Source of the DNA: Candidatus Poribacteria bacterium
Lineage (GTDB): Bacteria; Poribacteria; WGA-4E; WGA-3G
Direction of reading: 5' to 3'
Length of the DNA stretch: 64,000 nucleotides
Assembly (NCBI GenBank): GCA_965242965.1
Contig: OZ251518.1
Coordinates: 1,600,001 to 1,664,000 of the forward strand
This document shows positions 9,476 through 18,979 of this stretch, in pieces. The notes beneath the pieces were generated by a model that did not search any database, was not told the DNA's origin, and saw only the letters and a program-made list of their open reading frames with translations. Positions within the stretch are counted from its first letter, which is position 1. Every line of letters begins with the position of its first letter. The translations under genes and the position numbers were made by a program.

Positions 9476-10843
9476 ATGGAAAAGGTTCCACGAAGTTTCT
9501 ATCAAGGTATCGTTGTCCTGCTGGCTTTCATCTTCCTGCTGAGCGCGAACGCCTTCGCCCTAGATGGAGAAGTTGAAGGCGAGAAAGTCTCAGAGGCGAA
9601 GTATATGGCGGATACACTGTGGGTGCTTCTCGCGGCGTTCCTCGTCTTCTTTATGCAGGCGGGTTTCGCCATGGTTGAGTCCGGCTTCACCCGTGCCAAA
9701 AACGCCGTGAATATCCTGATGAAGAACCTGATGGATTTCTCGATGGGCTCCATCTCTTATTGGGCAATCGGGTTCGCGCTGATGTTCGGCGCGGGGAACG
9801 CGTTCATGGGAACAAGCGGCTGGTTTGTCCCCGCAGATTCTGACGCGTTCGGTTCATTGGAATGGAGTTCCGTGCCGACTTATGCGGCGTGGCTTTTCCA
9901 GCTCGTTTTCGCCGCAACTGCCGCCACTATCGTGTCAGGTGCGATGGCGGAGCGCACGCAGTTCAAAAGTTACCTGATTTATAGCATTTTTATTACCGGT
10001 ATTATCTATCCCATCGTCGGGCATTGGATTTGGGGCGGCGGGTGGTTATCAAACCTGGGAATGCTTGACTTCGCCGGCTCAACGGTTGTCCATTCCACAG
10101 GCGGCTGGCTGGCACTTACCGGGGCTATCGTCTTAGGGCCCCGCATTGGCAAATTCGATAGCCAGGGTAAACCGCGGCCGATTGCGGGACACAACCTCCC
10201 GCTCGCCGCGCTCGGTGTTTTTATCCTTTGGCTCGGTTGGTTCGGGTTTAACCCCGGCAGCCAGATGGGCGCAGACGCACCCGATATCGCTCTCATCGCG
10301 GTAACCACGAACATCGCCGCCGCCGCTGGCGCGATTGGCGCGATGATCGTCGCATGGATAGCACTTGGAAAACCGGATGCTGGTATGTCACTCAACGGCG
10401 CGCTCGCCGGATTGGTGGCAATTACTGCACCTTGTGCGTTCGTTACCCCGGCTTCCGCCGCACTTATCGGCTTACTCGGTGGTATTGTCGTCGTCCTGAG
10501 CGTGCTATTGCTTGAACGCCTTCACATCGATGACCCGGTTGGGGCAGTCTCTGTGCATGGTGTGTGTGGTGCGTTAGGCACGCTCCTCCTCGGGTTCTTC
10601 CATAAAGAGCAGGGCGTTTTCTTCGCCGCCGATAAAGGGGCCGCCTTTGGATTCCTCTGGGCACAGTTCGTCGGAGTCATCGCCGTTCTCGGATGGTGTC
10701 TGCTGACCGGCTTCGTGCTGTTCTATGGCATCAAAACCATCACCGGTTTGCGTGTCAGCGAGGAAGAAGAGATGCGCGGACTTGACTTTGAAGAACACGG
10801 TGCAAATGCGTATCCGGACTTCAACGTCTCCGCACTCCGGTAG
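9476..10843 (+). CDS. amt: Ammonium transporter
   Basis: FFMQAGFAMVESG, DFAGSTVVH, WFGFNPGS, DDPVGAVSVHG and GLDFEEHG motifs. Confidence 0.97.
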   Translation: MEKVPRSFYQGIVVLLAFIFLLSANAFALDGEVEGEKVSEAKYMADTLWVLLAAFLVFFMQAGFAMVESGFTRAKNAVNILMKNLMDFSMGSISYWAIGFALMFGAGNAFMGTSGWFVPADSDAFGSLEWSSVPTYAAWLFQLVFAATAATIVSGAMAERTQFKSYLIYSIFITGIIYPIVGHWIWGGGWLSNLGMLDFAGSTVVHSTGGWLALTGAIVLGPRIGKFDSQGKPRPIAGHNLPLAALGVFILWLGWFGFNPGSQMGADAPDIALIAVTTNIAAAAGAIGAMIVAWIALGKPDAGMSLNGALAGLVAITAPCAFVTPASAALIGLLGGIVVVLSVLLLERLHIDDPVGAVSVHGVCGALGTLLLGFFHKEQGVFFAADKGAAFGFLWAQFVGVIAVLGWCLLTGFVLFYGIKTITGLRVSEEEEMRGLDFEEHGANAYPDFNVSALR

Positions 10844-10931
10844 GCATGCTTTTCCTAACTTGTGGCGCGGGAGTATCTGCTCTCGTGCCACGATTTCATT
10901 TTCCTTCCACTGAAAAGCAAGATAATTCAGT

Positions 10932-11342
10932 GAGGGTGTTTCATAAATCCGTGTAGGAGGGCCTTCCCGGTCTCGATGCCAGCGATGTCCCGGTAGGAGA
11001 GACCTCCCGGTCTCGATGCAATAGGGCTGCGCGCCCACCGGGGCCGCGGCGGCAGAAAGCCCCTCTTCATCGTAGGGCGAGGGCCTGTCCCTCGCCATCG
11101 TTCGCGCAATCCAACGCTCGCGGGGGAAACCCGCTCGGATGCGCGTATGGCATCCGAGGGCCCACGCGCTACGATAAAAAACGGTTCTTGAGCCATCGCG
11201 GGGGCAACCCGCTCGGATGTGCGTGTGGCATCCGAGGCCCCTGCGCTACGGGAACATCGAGACCGGGAGGGCTCGCCTACCGGAAGCAATCAAGACCAGG
11301 AGGGCTCTCCTACGGGTGTGCATCGAGTTATGAAACACTCTC
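10932..11342. mobile_element. TIR-bounded REP cassette (MITE-like)
   Basis: gagggtgtttcataa ... ttatgaaacactctc enclosing about 7 REP units arranged roughly as a mirror. Confidence 0.8.
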
Positions 11343-11375
11343 AACTAAATGGCTCTGGGACCGGAAAAAATCCTC

Positions 11376-11404
11376 TTGCACTAAATTTAACATCTTGCTA
11401 TAAT
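11376..11404 (+). promoter_or_regulatory. sigma70 promoter of the second amt
   Basis: TTGCAC-17 nt-TATAAT with extended TG. Confidence 0.7.
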
Positions 11405-11512
11405 TAATTTGAAAATAATTGATGGACGAAACCTTTGTGGCCTCGTCCATAAAAAATAAGTGGATAGGCGGCCAAAAAGGCTGCCTTGACAAAACGTATA
11501 TGGAGGATTCAG

Positions 11513-12922
11513 ATGCAACAACGATGTGCATCACAATTTGCAAAGAAGCGAACTGTTTTTGAACGAATTGGCACGCTGTTCGGGTGTCGCGGCTTCCGTG
11601 TCGCGATGCAGTTGATTGTCGTGCTATTAATCTTTGGTGTGCCAAGCCTCGCGCTTGCACAGGATACGGCTTCGCACGATTCCGGTGACACCGCTTGGCT
11701 CCTCACCGCCACTGCCCTTGTGCTGTTTATGACTATCCCCGGGCTCGCCCTCTTTTACGGCGGGTTAGTGCGCGTCCAAAACGTGCTGTCCGTGCTGATG
11801 CAGTGCTTTGTGCTGACAGGTGTTGTCACTGTCCTTTGGGTTATCTGTGGCTATAGCCTGGCTTTCAATACGGATGGCATGGCGGCAGGAGTCACCAATT
11901 TCAACTCCTTTGTCGGTGGGCTTGGGACGATGTTCCTGCGGGGTGTCGGCGTGGATAGTCTCAGCGGGACTATTCCTGAAACCGTCTTTATCACCTTCCA
12001 ATTGACGTTTGCGATTATCACGCCTGCGCTTATCGTCGGTGCTTTCGCTGAGCGGATGAAATTCTCAGCGATGCTCATCTTCTCCGCGGTCTGGGCGATA
12101 GTTGCATACACGCCTATCTGCCACATGGCGTGGGCAGGTGATGGCGCGCTATTTCACACCCTCGGCGTTCTCGATTTCGCGGGTGGAACTGTCGTGCACG
12201 TCAATGCCGGCGTTGCTGCGTTAGTCGCGGCGATATTAGTCGGAAAACGCCTTGGTTATCCGATGACGGCGATGCAGCCGCACAGTTTGCCGCTTACCGT
12301 AGTCGGAGCATCAATGCTCTGGGTAGGTTGGTTCGGATTCAATGCAGGCAGTGCGGTTGCAGCAGACGGTTCTGCTGGCATGGCGATGCTCGTCACACAG
12401 ATTTCCACCGCGACCGCCGCCATCACTTGGATGTTTATTGAGTGGATGCGGCACGGCAAACCCGGCACCTTGGGTATTGCTACTGGGGCGGTTGCTGGGT
12501 TAGTGGCTATCACGCCTGCATCCGGTTCAGTCGGGCCGATGGGCGCGCTGGTTATCGGGTTCGTCTCCGGTATCGTCTGTTTCTGGGGTGCCACCAGTCT
12601 GAAGCAGAAGATGGGTTACGACGATTCATTGGACGCTTTCGGCGTTCACGGGGTCGGCGGGATTGTCGGCGCGCTGTTGACAGGCGTTTTCGCCGCAGAA
12701 TCACTTGGCGGCGTTGGGCTGGCAGATGGCATGAACATCGGCTCGCAAGTGTGGGCGCAGTTCATCAGCATCGTTATCACGGTGGTGTGGAGTGGTGTGA
12801 TTTCGTTTATCACGCTCAAAATCTTGGATGCCGTCATCGGCTTACGCGTCGAAACGGATGAAGAGCGCATGGGGTTGGACCTCTCCGAGCACAACGAACG
12901 TGGTTACAACCTACAAGCGTAG
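11513..12922 (+). CDS. amtB: Ammonium transporter AmtB-type
   Basis: RBS ggagg; DSGDTAW, PGLALFYGG, DFAGGTVVH, YDDSLDAFGVHG and GLDLSEH motifs. Confidence 0.96.
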   Translation: MQQRCASQFAKKRTVFERIGTLFGCRGFRVAMQLIVVLLIFGVPSLALAQDTASHDSGDTAWLLTATALVLFMTIPGLALFYGGLVRVQNVLSVLMQCFVLTGVVTVLWVICGYSLAFNTDGMAAGVTNFNSFVGGLGTMFLRGVGVDSLSGTIPETVFITFQLTFAIITPALIVGAFAERMKFSAMLIFSAVWAIVAYTPICHMAWAGDGALFHTLGVLDFAGGTVVHVNAGVAALVAAILVGKRLGYPMTAMQPHSLPLTVVGASMLWVGWFGFNAGSAVAADGSAGMAMLVTQISTATAAITWMFIEWMRHGKPGTLGIATGAVAGLVAITPASGSVGPMGALVIGFVSGIVCFWGATSLKQKMGYDDSLDAFGVHGVGGIVGALLTGVFAAESLGGVGLADGMNIGSQVWAQFISIVITVVWSGVISFITLKILDAVIGLRVETDEERMGLDLSEHNERGYNLQA

Positions 12923-13013
12923 GCGAATTTCCGGTAGGCACGCTTTGCAAGTGTGCTTCCTTGAGTTTCGGGTAGGCGCGCTTTACAAGCGCGCTCCCGT
13001 TTGACAGAACGGT

Positions 13014-13047
13014 AAGGGCGGCTATGGATATTTTCATAGCCGCCCTT
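13014..13047 (+). terminator. Stem-loop after amtB
   Basis: aagggcggctatg...catagccgccctt. Confidence 0.6.
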
Positions 13048-13065
13048 GTCGTCATCTAATTTCCT

Positions 13066-13393
13066 GAGGGTGTTTCATAACTCCGTTTCGGTCCTCTTGG
13101 AGAGCGGGCGACTCCCGCTCCCTCTTGGTAGGAGAGACCTCCTGGTCTCGATGCATCGCGCATGCGAGAGACCGTAGTTCGGGAGCACCCGCTCCCGAAC
13201 GGGTCAGGATCGTTTGGCAAGCATGCCAGAGCTTCAGATGATCTTGCCCTACAGAGGAGGGCGGCTCGGTCACCGTAGGGCGAGGGCCTGTCCCTCGCCA
13301 TCGTTCGCACACCCCAACGATCGCGGGGGACAGGCCCCCGCGCTACGGTGAAAAAAACGCCGCCCCTTGTTGAGCGATTTATGAAACACCCTC
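13066..13393. mobile_element. TIR-bounded REP cassette (MITE-like)
   Basis: Perfect 15-bp TIRs; atctaatttcct repeated at 13054-13065 and 13400-13411. Confidence 0.82.
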
Positions 13394-13401
13394 ATCTAAA
13401 T

Positions 13402-15423
13402 CTAATTTCCTATCAACCTCGCGACGACTTCACGTTCTGACAACATCCCCTTTTCTACAAGCAGCTGCTGCGACGCGCCGAGGTGCCGATAGACATCGGC
13501 AATCCACGTCGTATCAAATCCCTCACCCGTATTATAGAGCGTCAGCGGGCGTGGTGCGAGGAGCGTCCCTGCTGTCCGAAAATCCCCGGCTCGGCGGAGA
13601 CTCGGTATCGGCAACATCTCTAAATAGCCAACGTCCATGTCGTTATCAAATTGTGCCGTGTCGGCGACAACGCTTGCAACATCGGCGAATCCCGCCGCAA
13701 GCATCGTCCACAACCCGGCTTCGCCGAGCCCGATGAGATTCACCACCGAAACGTCATCTCGGTTTGCAGCATAGCGCAGTGCTGTCACAATGTCTTGGAC
13801 GCGCAACGCCGCTGTTGTCCGATTGTAGGTGGTGAAGTAGGTGGTATCCTCCTGTCGCCGGTAGTCGCCGTGTTCTCCCGTGGCGAAGACATCAATGAGG
13901 AGCACTTTGTGCGCCGCGTCAAGCAGAGAGGTGATGAGTGGCGAGGGTTCGCCTGTCTCTGCATCGCTCAGTTTCGCCTTGCCATCAGGGTGAACGATAA
14001 GCGTTACTGGCGAATGCTCTACATGCGGCTCTGGACGCAACAGCAGTGCAGGAGTCGCATCGCCGATGTTCTTTCTACCGAGGACGAGGTGTTGCACAGA
14101 AAAATTATCGCGATAGGTAACCGAGAACACACCCTCAGGTTCACTGCACGTTATCTCCTCGCTTTCCGGTAGTTGGAGCCCGAGCGCGTGTTGTAGGACG
14201 CTCCCCATCGCATCGCGGAACGTTTCAAGTTCGACTGGATTCTTCGGTTTTCGGTTTTCGAGTGCTTTTTTCGCGCGGTTCACCCACGTTGGCAGAAATT
14301 CGTCCTGTTTCAGAGCGCGCGCCGGCATGTCGTTCTTCGAGAATACCAAGAGGGCATCGTCAGGTTCTACCTGATACGCTACCTCTTTGAACGCTTGCGG
14401 TTCCTCGGCATCTAATAACCACTTTGCGAACCATGCGTAAACCGCCTCGCGACTCTCGCGGTTATAGTTATGCTCGGCATCTACCTGAACGTGATGCACC
14501 CGTTCTTCCGCGTTATAGTGCGAATAGATGCTTCGGATAGCCGGATATTCAACCGTCGGTGTGTTTACCGTCCAGTCTCCTGTCGCCGATACGAGCAGGA
14601 GTGGCCGCGGTGCCATCAACGCGCCTATTTCGATGTTGCTGACATCTAACCGCAGATTCGGGGCATTTTCACAAAGGCAGCCGCCCTGCATGGTGCCGGA
14701 AATCATATTGACAGGGGCGGATACCTTGATGCGTTCATCAATCGCAGTTAAGAGAAAGGTTTGCGTTCCGCCACCGGAAGCACCGGTGCATCCGATGCGT
14801 TCACTATCCACATCCGGCAGGCTTTGCAAAAAATCGAGCGCGCCGATGCCGTTGAGAAGTTGCAGTCCCATCGCGCTCAAACCCCACAAGCCTTCGCGCG
14901 CACCACCGTATCGATGCTCTATCTGTTTGCCGCTGTCATTGTAACCGAGCATGTCATAGGCGAAGATAACGTAACCCTGCTTGGCAAAGTTGATACAGCG
15001 CGCCGGAATAGAACCACGCGCAATGTCCTCAAGGCGGCCGCGGGTCCAATGTCCGTGTGGACTCACAATGCCGGGAAACGGCCCCGGTTTGCCTTTCGGA
15101 CGATAGAGGTTGCCTGTCGTGAAGAAGCCGGGGAACGGTTCAAAATGGACTTTTTCTACCGTGTAATCTTCGCGTGCCACTTTTCCGAAGACATTGGCGT
15201 TCAGGGGAGTCGGTTCCTGGCTAGGCAACAAGCCGTTCGCGACACGAATCTGTTGGCGCAAGGATGCTGCCCGTTTCTCCCATGCCGCTTTTGAGTATCC
15301 CGGAAAAGTATAGGGTGTGCTCAGTTCTCGGGGAGTTTCACCGCGTGCATCGGCAACACGTTGCCGAGCATCTGCAAAGATGGCGGTGAGTTCGTGATGG
15401 TGTCCAGCGAGTGGCGTAAACAT
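13402..15423 (-). CDS. Acetylxylan-esterase-like tandem alpha/beta hydrolase
   Basis: GCTGASGGG nucleophile elbow, HGH motif, EHNY catalytic His; degenerate second hydrolase domain. Confidence 0.8.
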   Translation of the reverse strand: MFTPLAGHHHELTAIFADARQRVADARGETPRELSTPYTFPGYSKAAWEKRAASLRQQIRVANGLLPSQEPTPLNANVFGKVAREDYTVEKVHFEPFPGFFTTGNLYRPKGKPGPFPGIVSPHGHWTRGRLEDIARGSIPARCINFAKQGYVIFAYDMLGYNDSGKQIEHRYGGAREGLWGLSAMGLQLLNGIGALDFLQSLPDVDSERIGCTGASGGGTQTFLLTAIDERIKVSAPVNMISGTMQGGCLCENAPNLRLDVSNIEIGALMAPRPLLLVSATGDWTVNTPTVEYPAIRSIYSHYNAEERVHHVQVDAEHNYNRESREAVYAWFAKWLLDAEEPQAFKEVAYQVEPDDALLVFSKNDMPARALKQDEFLPTWVNRAKKALENRKPKNPVELETFRDAMGSVLQHALGLQLPESEEITCSEPEGVFSVTYRDNFSVQHLVLGRKNIGDATPALLLRPEPHVEHSPVTLIVHPDGKAKLSDAETGEPSPLITSLLDAAHKVLLIDVFATGEHGDYRRQEDTTYFTTYNRTTAALRVQDIVTALRYAANRDDVSVVNLIGLGEAGLWTMLAAGFADVASVVADTAQFDNDMDVGYLEMLPIPSLRRAGDFRTAGTLLAPRPLTLYNTGEGFDTTWIADVYRHLGASQQLLVEKGMLSEREVVARLIGN

Positions 15424-15434
15424 AGTTTCTCCTG

Positions 15435-16091
15435 TTACACTGCGAGTTGCTTTGCGACGATAAATTTCAGCAATTGGACGATGTGTTCCGCGTCCGCGAT
15501 GCCGTCGTAGACGGACGAAAATTCAGCTGCGAGTGTTGGTTTCTCAGTCTCAATGTCAGTGACGAGCCCTCGGACGAAAACCCAAATGTCATTCACAGTA
15601 TAGCATCCGAAGATTTCTTGTTCGGTGTTAGTATCGCTTTGCCAATTGAGCCAAGCGGCGGCAAGCATCTCACCATAAAGTTGATAGTGCGGGTCTGCGG
15701 CTTTAATACCGCGCTTCGCTTCGTGCACAATGAGATACGGCGGTCGGATTCTCCCAGCGACAGCAGGTGCGAGCGCACCATCTGCCTCGCCTTCTAATTT
15801 AAACGTCGGATACTCGGCCTTGAGAGAGACGCTGCTCCACGCTTGAACACTGCCTTGTTCGGCAAGTACCAACATCGGATAAATTGCACGCGCCCAAAGC
15901 GTAGCTTCGTTCATACCGAGTAGGTTTCGGCGGTGCAAAGTTGTTTTGAGATCGTTGAGTCGTCTCACTTCGTCTGCTGTGAGGGCGATCTGCCTCTTCT
16001 CCCACACTTCCGGGGGACCGTCTTCTTCATGCAGGGTCACAAGTGCCTTGAGTGTGGGTTCTGATAGTTGCGAGAATGTATACGTGCACAT
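15435..16091 (-). CDS. PD-(D/E)XK-like hypothetical protein, paralog of the 48-50 kb array
   Basis: GEADG...HEAKRG...QLYGEMLAA...IFGCYT..W motifs. Confidence 0.7.
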   Translation of the reverse strand: MCTYTFSQLSEPTLKALVTLHEEDGPPEVWEKRQIALTADEVRRLNDLKTTLHRRNLLGMNEATLWARAIYPMLVLAEQGSVQAWSSVSLKAEYPTFKLEGEADGALAPAVAGRIRPPYLIVHEAKRGIKAADPHYQLYGEMLAAAWLNWQSDTNTEQEIFGCYTVNDIWVFVRGLVTDIETEKPTLAAEFSSVYDGIADAEHIVQLLKFIVAKQLAV

Positions 16092-16234
16092 CGTTCAAAA
16101 CCTCCTGCATTCAGTTTAACACACCCGTAACTATTTTTCAAATGAATTTCCTTGATTTTTCTCAAACGGTGTGGTATCCTATTCTTAAAAAGGATTTTCA
16201 TAGGAATTGCCAATTCCATTTTACGGTAAAAAAC

Positions 16235-17515
16235 ATGAACATTTTGGTTATCGGACAGGGTGGACGCGAACATACGCTCGTCTGGAAACTCGCGCAAAGC
16301 CCACTCGTTGATAAAATGTATTGCGCGCCCGGCAACGCCGGCATCGCCGAGATAGCAGAATGCCTCACACTACCCCTTGACAATGGGTTTGCCGAACTCG
16401 TAGCGTGGGCAGAATCCGCGGACATCGGCCTCACCGTCGTCGGACCGGAGGCACCTTTGGCGGCTGGCATCGTCGATGCATTTCGCGCCCGCGGGTTGAA
16501 AGCGTTCGGGCCGGATAAACGCGCCGCGCAACTTGAAGCAAGCAAAGATTTCGCCAAACAACTGATGCTAAAAAATGGCATCCCCACGGCGGCATACCGA
16601 ACGTATGTGGACGCGGACGAAGCGATTGCGGACATCAAAGCGCGCAATGCACCCGTTTTTGTCAAGGCCAACGGGCTCGCCGCTGGCAAAGGGGTTATCC
16701 CGGGGCGCACCGTCGCCGAAGCGACGCAAGCGGTGAAAACGATTTTAGTGGACAAGGCGTTCGGGGAGGCAGGCGACAGCGTCGTCATTGAAGAGGAACT
16801 CATTGGCGAAGAGGCATCTTTTACCGTGCTTACCGATGGGGATACATGCGTACCCTTCGTTAGTTCGCAAGACCACAAGATGTCCCACGATGGCGACACG
16901 GGCAAGAATACCGGCGGAATGGGCGCGTATTCGCCTGCGCCGGTGATTACCCCCGAACTGCACGACTACGCGATGGAGCGCGTCGTTTATCCTACGATTA
17001 ACGGCATGGCGGACATCGGATGTCCCTTTAAAGGGGTGTTATATGTCGGTTTGATGATAACCGAAGCAGGGCCAAGGGTGTTGGAATTCAACTGCCGTTT
17101 CGGAGACCCGGAGGCACAAGTGCTTTTACCGCGCCTTAAAAGCGATTTGGTTCCGATGCTGCTCGCGTGTGTTGATGGCACGCTCAACGATTACGCTGAG
17201 CCTGAATGGCATGCAGGCGCAGCGGCGTGTGTTGCCATGGCTTCGGGCGGCTATCCAGACGCTTATGAAACCGGGCAGGTGATTAACGGCTTAGCGGAAG
17301 CGGAGACTCTTGAGGGTGTCACTGTTTTTCACGCCGGCACAAAACGTGATAACGGACAGGTGCTAACCGATGGTGGGCGCGTGCTAGGAGTCACCGCCGT
17401 TGCGGACGGTTTGGCATCGGCGATTCAGCAAGCGTATCGTGGCGTTGCCAAGATCAAGTTCGCCGATGCACATTTCCGCAGCGACATCGGGTATCGGGCA
17501 TTGGGGCGAAATTGA
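16235..17515 (+). CDS. purD: Phosphoribosylamine--glycine ligase
   Basis: IGQGGREH, VVGPEAPL, GLAAGKGV, NTGGMGAYSP and EFNCRFGDPE motifs. Confidence 0.97.
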   Translation: MNILVIGQGGREHTLVWKLAQSPLVDKMYCAPGNAGIAEIAECLTLPLDNGFAELVAWAESADIGLTVVGPEAPLAAGIVDAFRARGLKAFGPDKRAAQLEASKDFAKQLMLKNGIPTAAYRTYVDADEAIADIKARNAPVFVKANGLAAGKGVIPGRTVAEATQAVKTILVDKAFGEAGDSVVIEEELIGEEASFTVLTDGDTCVPFVSSQDHKMSHDGDTGKNTGGMGAYSPAPVITPELHDYAMERVVYPTINGMADIGCPFKGVLYVGLMITEAGPRVLEFNCRFGDPEAQVLLPRLKSDLVPMLLACVDGTLNDYAEPEWHAGAAACVAMASGGYPDAYETGQVINGLAEAETLEGVTVFHAGTKRDNGQVLTDGGRVLGVTAVADGLASAIQQAYRGVAKIKFADAHFRSDIGYRALGRN

Positions 17516-17605
17516 AAGGCTTGGAAATAGGATGAGTTAGGAGGCACGCGTTTTTTCTTGACAGCCTCTCCAAAATTATGGTAAAATTTCCTCAACTACC
17601 TTTTA

Positions 17606-17794
17606 GTGAACGGGGTCCGGCGGCCCTCGGGTCGCGAATTGTTGCGTTTGCAAGGCTTCCCTGAAGATTTCAAAATCGTGGGTGGCTTGATGCAATTGAG
17701 AAAGCAGATTGGTAATAGCGTCGCGATACCGGTTATTCACGCTATTGCAGAGAACATGTTGCAGGCTTTGCGGCAGCGAAAACCGATAAAATGA
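17606..17794 (+). pseudogene. C-terminal remnant of a C5-cytosine DNA methyltransferase
   Basis: RELLRLQGFPEDF (motif IX) and QIGNSV (motif X) only. The stop codon overlaps the adjacent TIR. Confidence 0.8.
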
Positions 17795-18392
17795 GGGTGT
17801 TTCATAACTCTGTAGTTCGGGAGCACCCGCTCCCGAACAGGTCAGGATCGTTTGGCAAATATGCCAGAACTTCAGACGATCCTGACCTACAGAGGTGAGG
17901 AGTCTGACTCTCCTACGGCGCACCATCGGCCGTTCGCGGAGGAATCGAGACCGGGAGGTCTCTCCTACCGGGACGCTCGCGGGGGACAGGCCCCCGCGCT
18001 ACGGTAACCGGACGGTTTCTTCACTCGCGGGGGACAGGCCCCCGCGCTACGGTAACCGGACGGTTTCTTGGCTGCAGCACGGCCCTCTTCATCGTAGGGC
18101 GAGGGACAGGCCCTCGCCGTGCTGCGGTCTATCAAACCGCTCTTTTAGGTCCGTAGGACCTGAATGTCTATAGAAAAACGTGCCGCACCCTAGCAAGGTC
18201 CGTCGGACCTTAATAAGGTTTATAGCGTTGCATCAAGACCGGGAGGTCTTTCCTACGGTTCGCCATCGGACAGTCGCGGGGAACAGGTACCGGTGTCGCA
18301 TCGAGACTGGGAGAGCTCTCCTACCAAGAGGACGCGGTATTCGCCCGCCCCCAAGGGGGATAACTACCGAAACGGAGTTATGAAACACCCTC
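17793..18392. mobile_element. 600-bp TIR-bounded REP cassette with 8-bp target-site duplication
   Basis: GATAAAAT|GAGGGTGTTTCATAA ... TTATGAAACACCCTC|GATAAAAT. Confidence 0.88.
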
Positions 18393-18398
18393 GATAAA

Positions 18399-18914
18399 AT
18401 GCTAACTGAACTCACCTATAACATCGCCAAATGTTGCGCGCCGCAACCGGAAACCCCAGTCATCGGCTATTTCAAAGAAGACGGCACCATCACCGTCCAT
18501 CACGCCGAGTGCGGCGCGGTGCAAGGTTTGCGAGAGGAGCGGTTACTCAAAGTATCGTGGCAGGAAATTCAGGATGCCGAAGTGCCGCAAGAGGTGCCCC
18601 TCGCGCCGGAATTCGCCGAGTTAGACGACACTGACTATTTTGTCCTCAAGCATCACCAAGAGTTCGGCATGGACTATTCCATCGTCGTTGCAGAGACGCT
18701 GCAAATTCCTTTAGAGGAGATGCATCGGCGGCACCGGAAGTTAAGAACACTCGGCGGATTGAAGCGGGTGGAAGGACGCATCATCCACTACCGAAAAAAT
18801 ATCGTCAAAGGGAAGTGGATCAAGCATCGCAACCACACCTACTATGAACTTACACCCAAAGGCAAAACGTGGATTGAGGCGTTTGAAAAATTATCTTCGG
18901 AAACTTCAATATAG
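18399..18914 (+). CDS. RelA/SpoT zinc-finger(RIS)-like domain fused to a DUF2250-like winged helix
   Basis: AKCCAPQP...IGY...ITVHHAEC; C-terminal KHRNHTYYELT. Confidence 0.65.
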   Translation: MLTELTYNIAKCCAPQPETPVIGYFKEDGTITVHHAECGAVQGLREERLLKVSWQEIQDAEVPQEVPLAPEFAELDDTDYFVLKHHQEFGMDYSIVVAETLQIPLEEMHRRHRKLRTLGGLKRVEGRIIHYRKNIVKGKWIKHRNHTYYELTPKGKTWIEAFEKLSSETSI

Positions 18915-18979
18915 CATCGGCGCAGAACGGCTTGTGTTCGGTGTCGTCGGTGGATGGGCCGCTCATAGGAGTAGAACTA

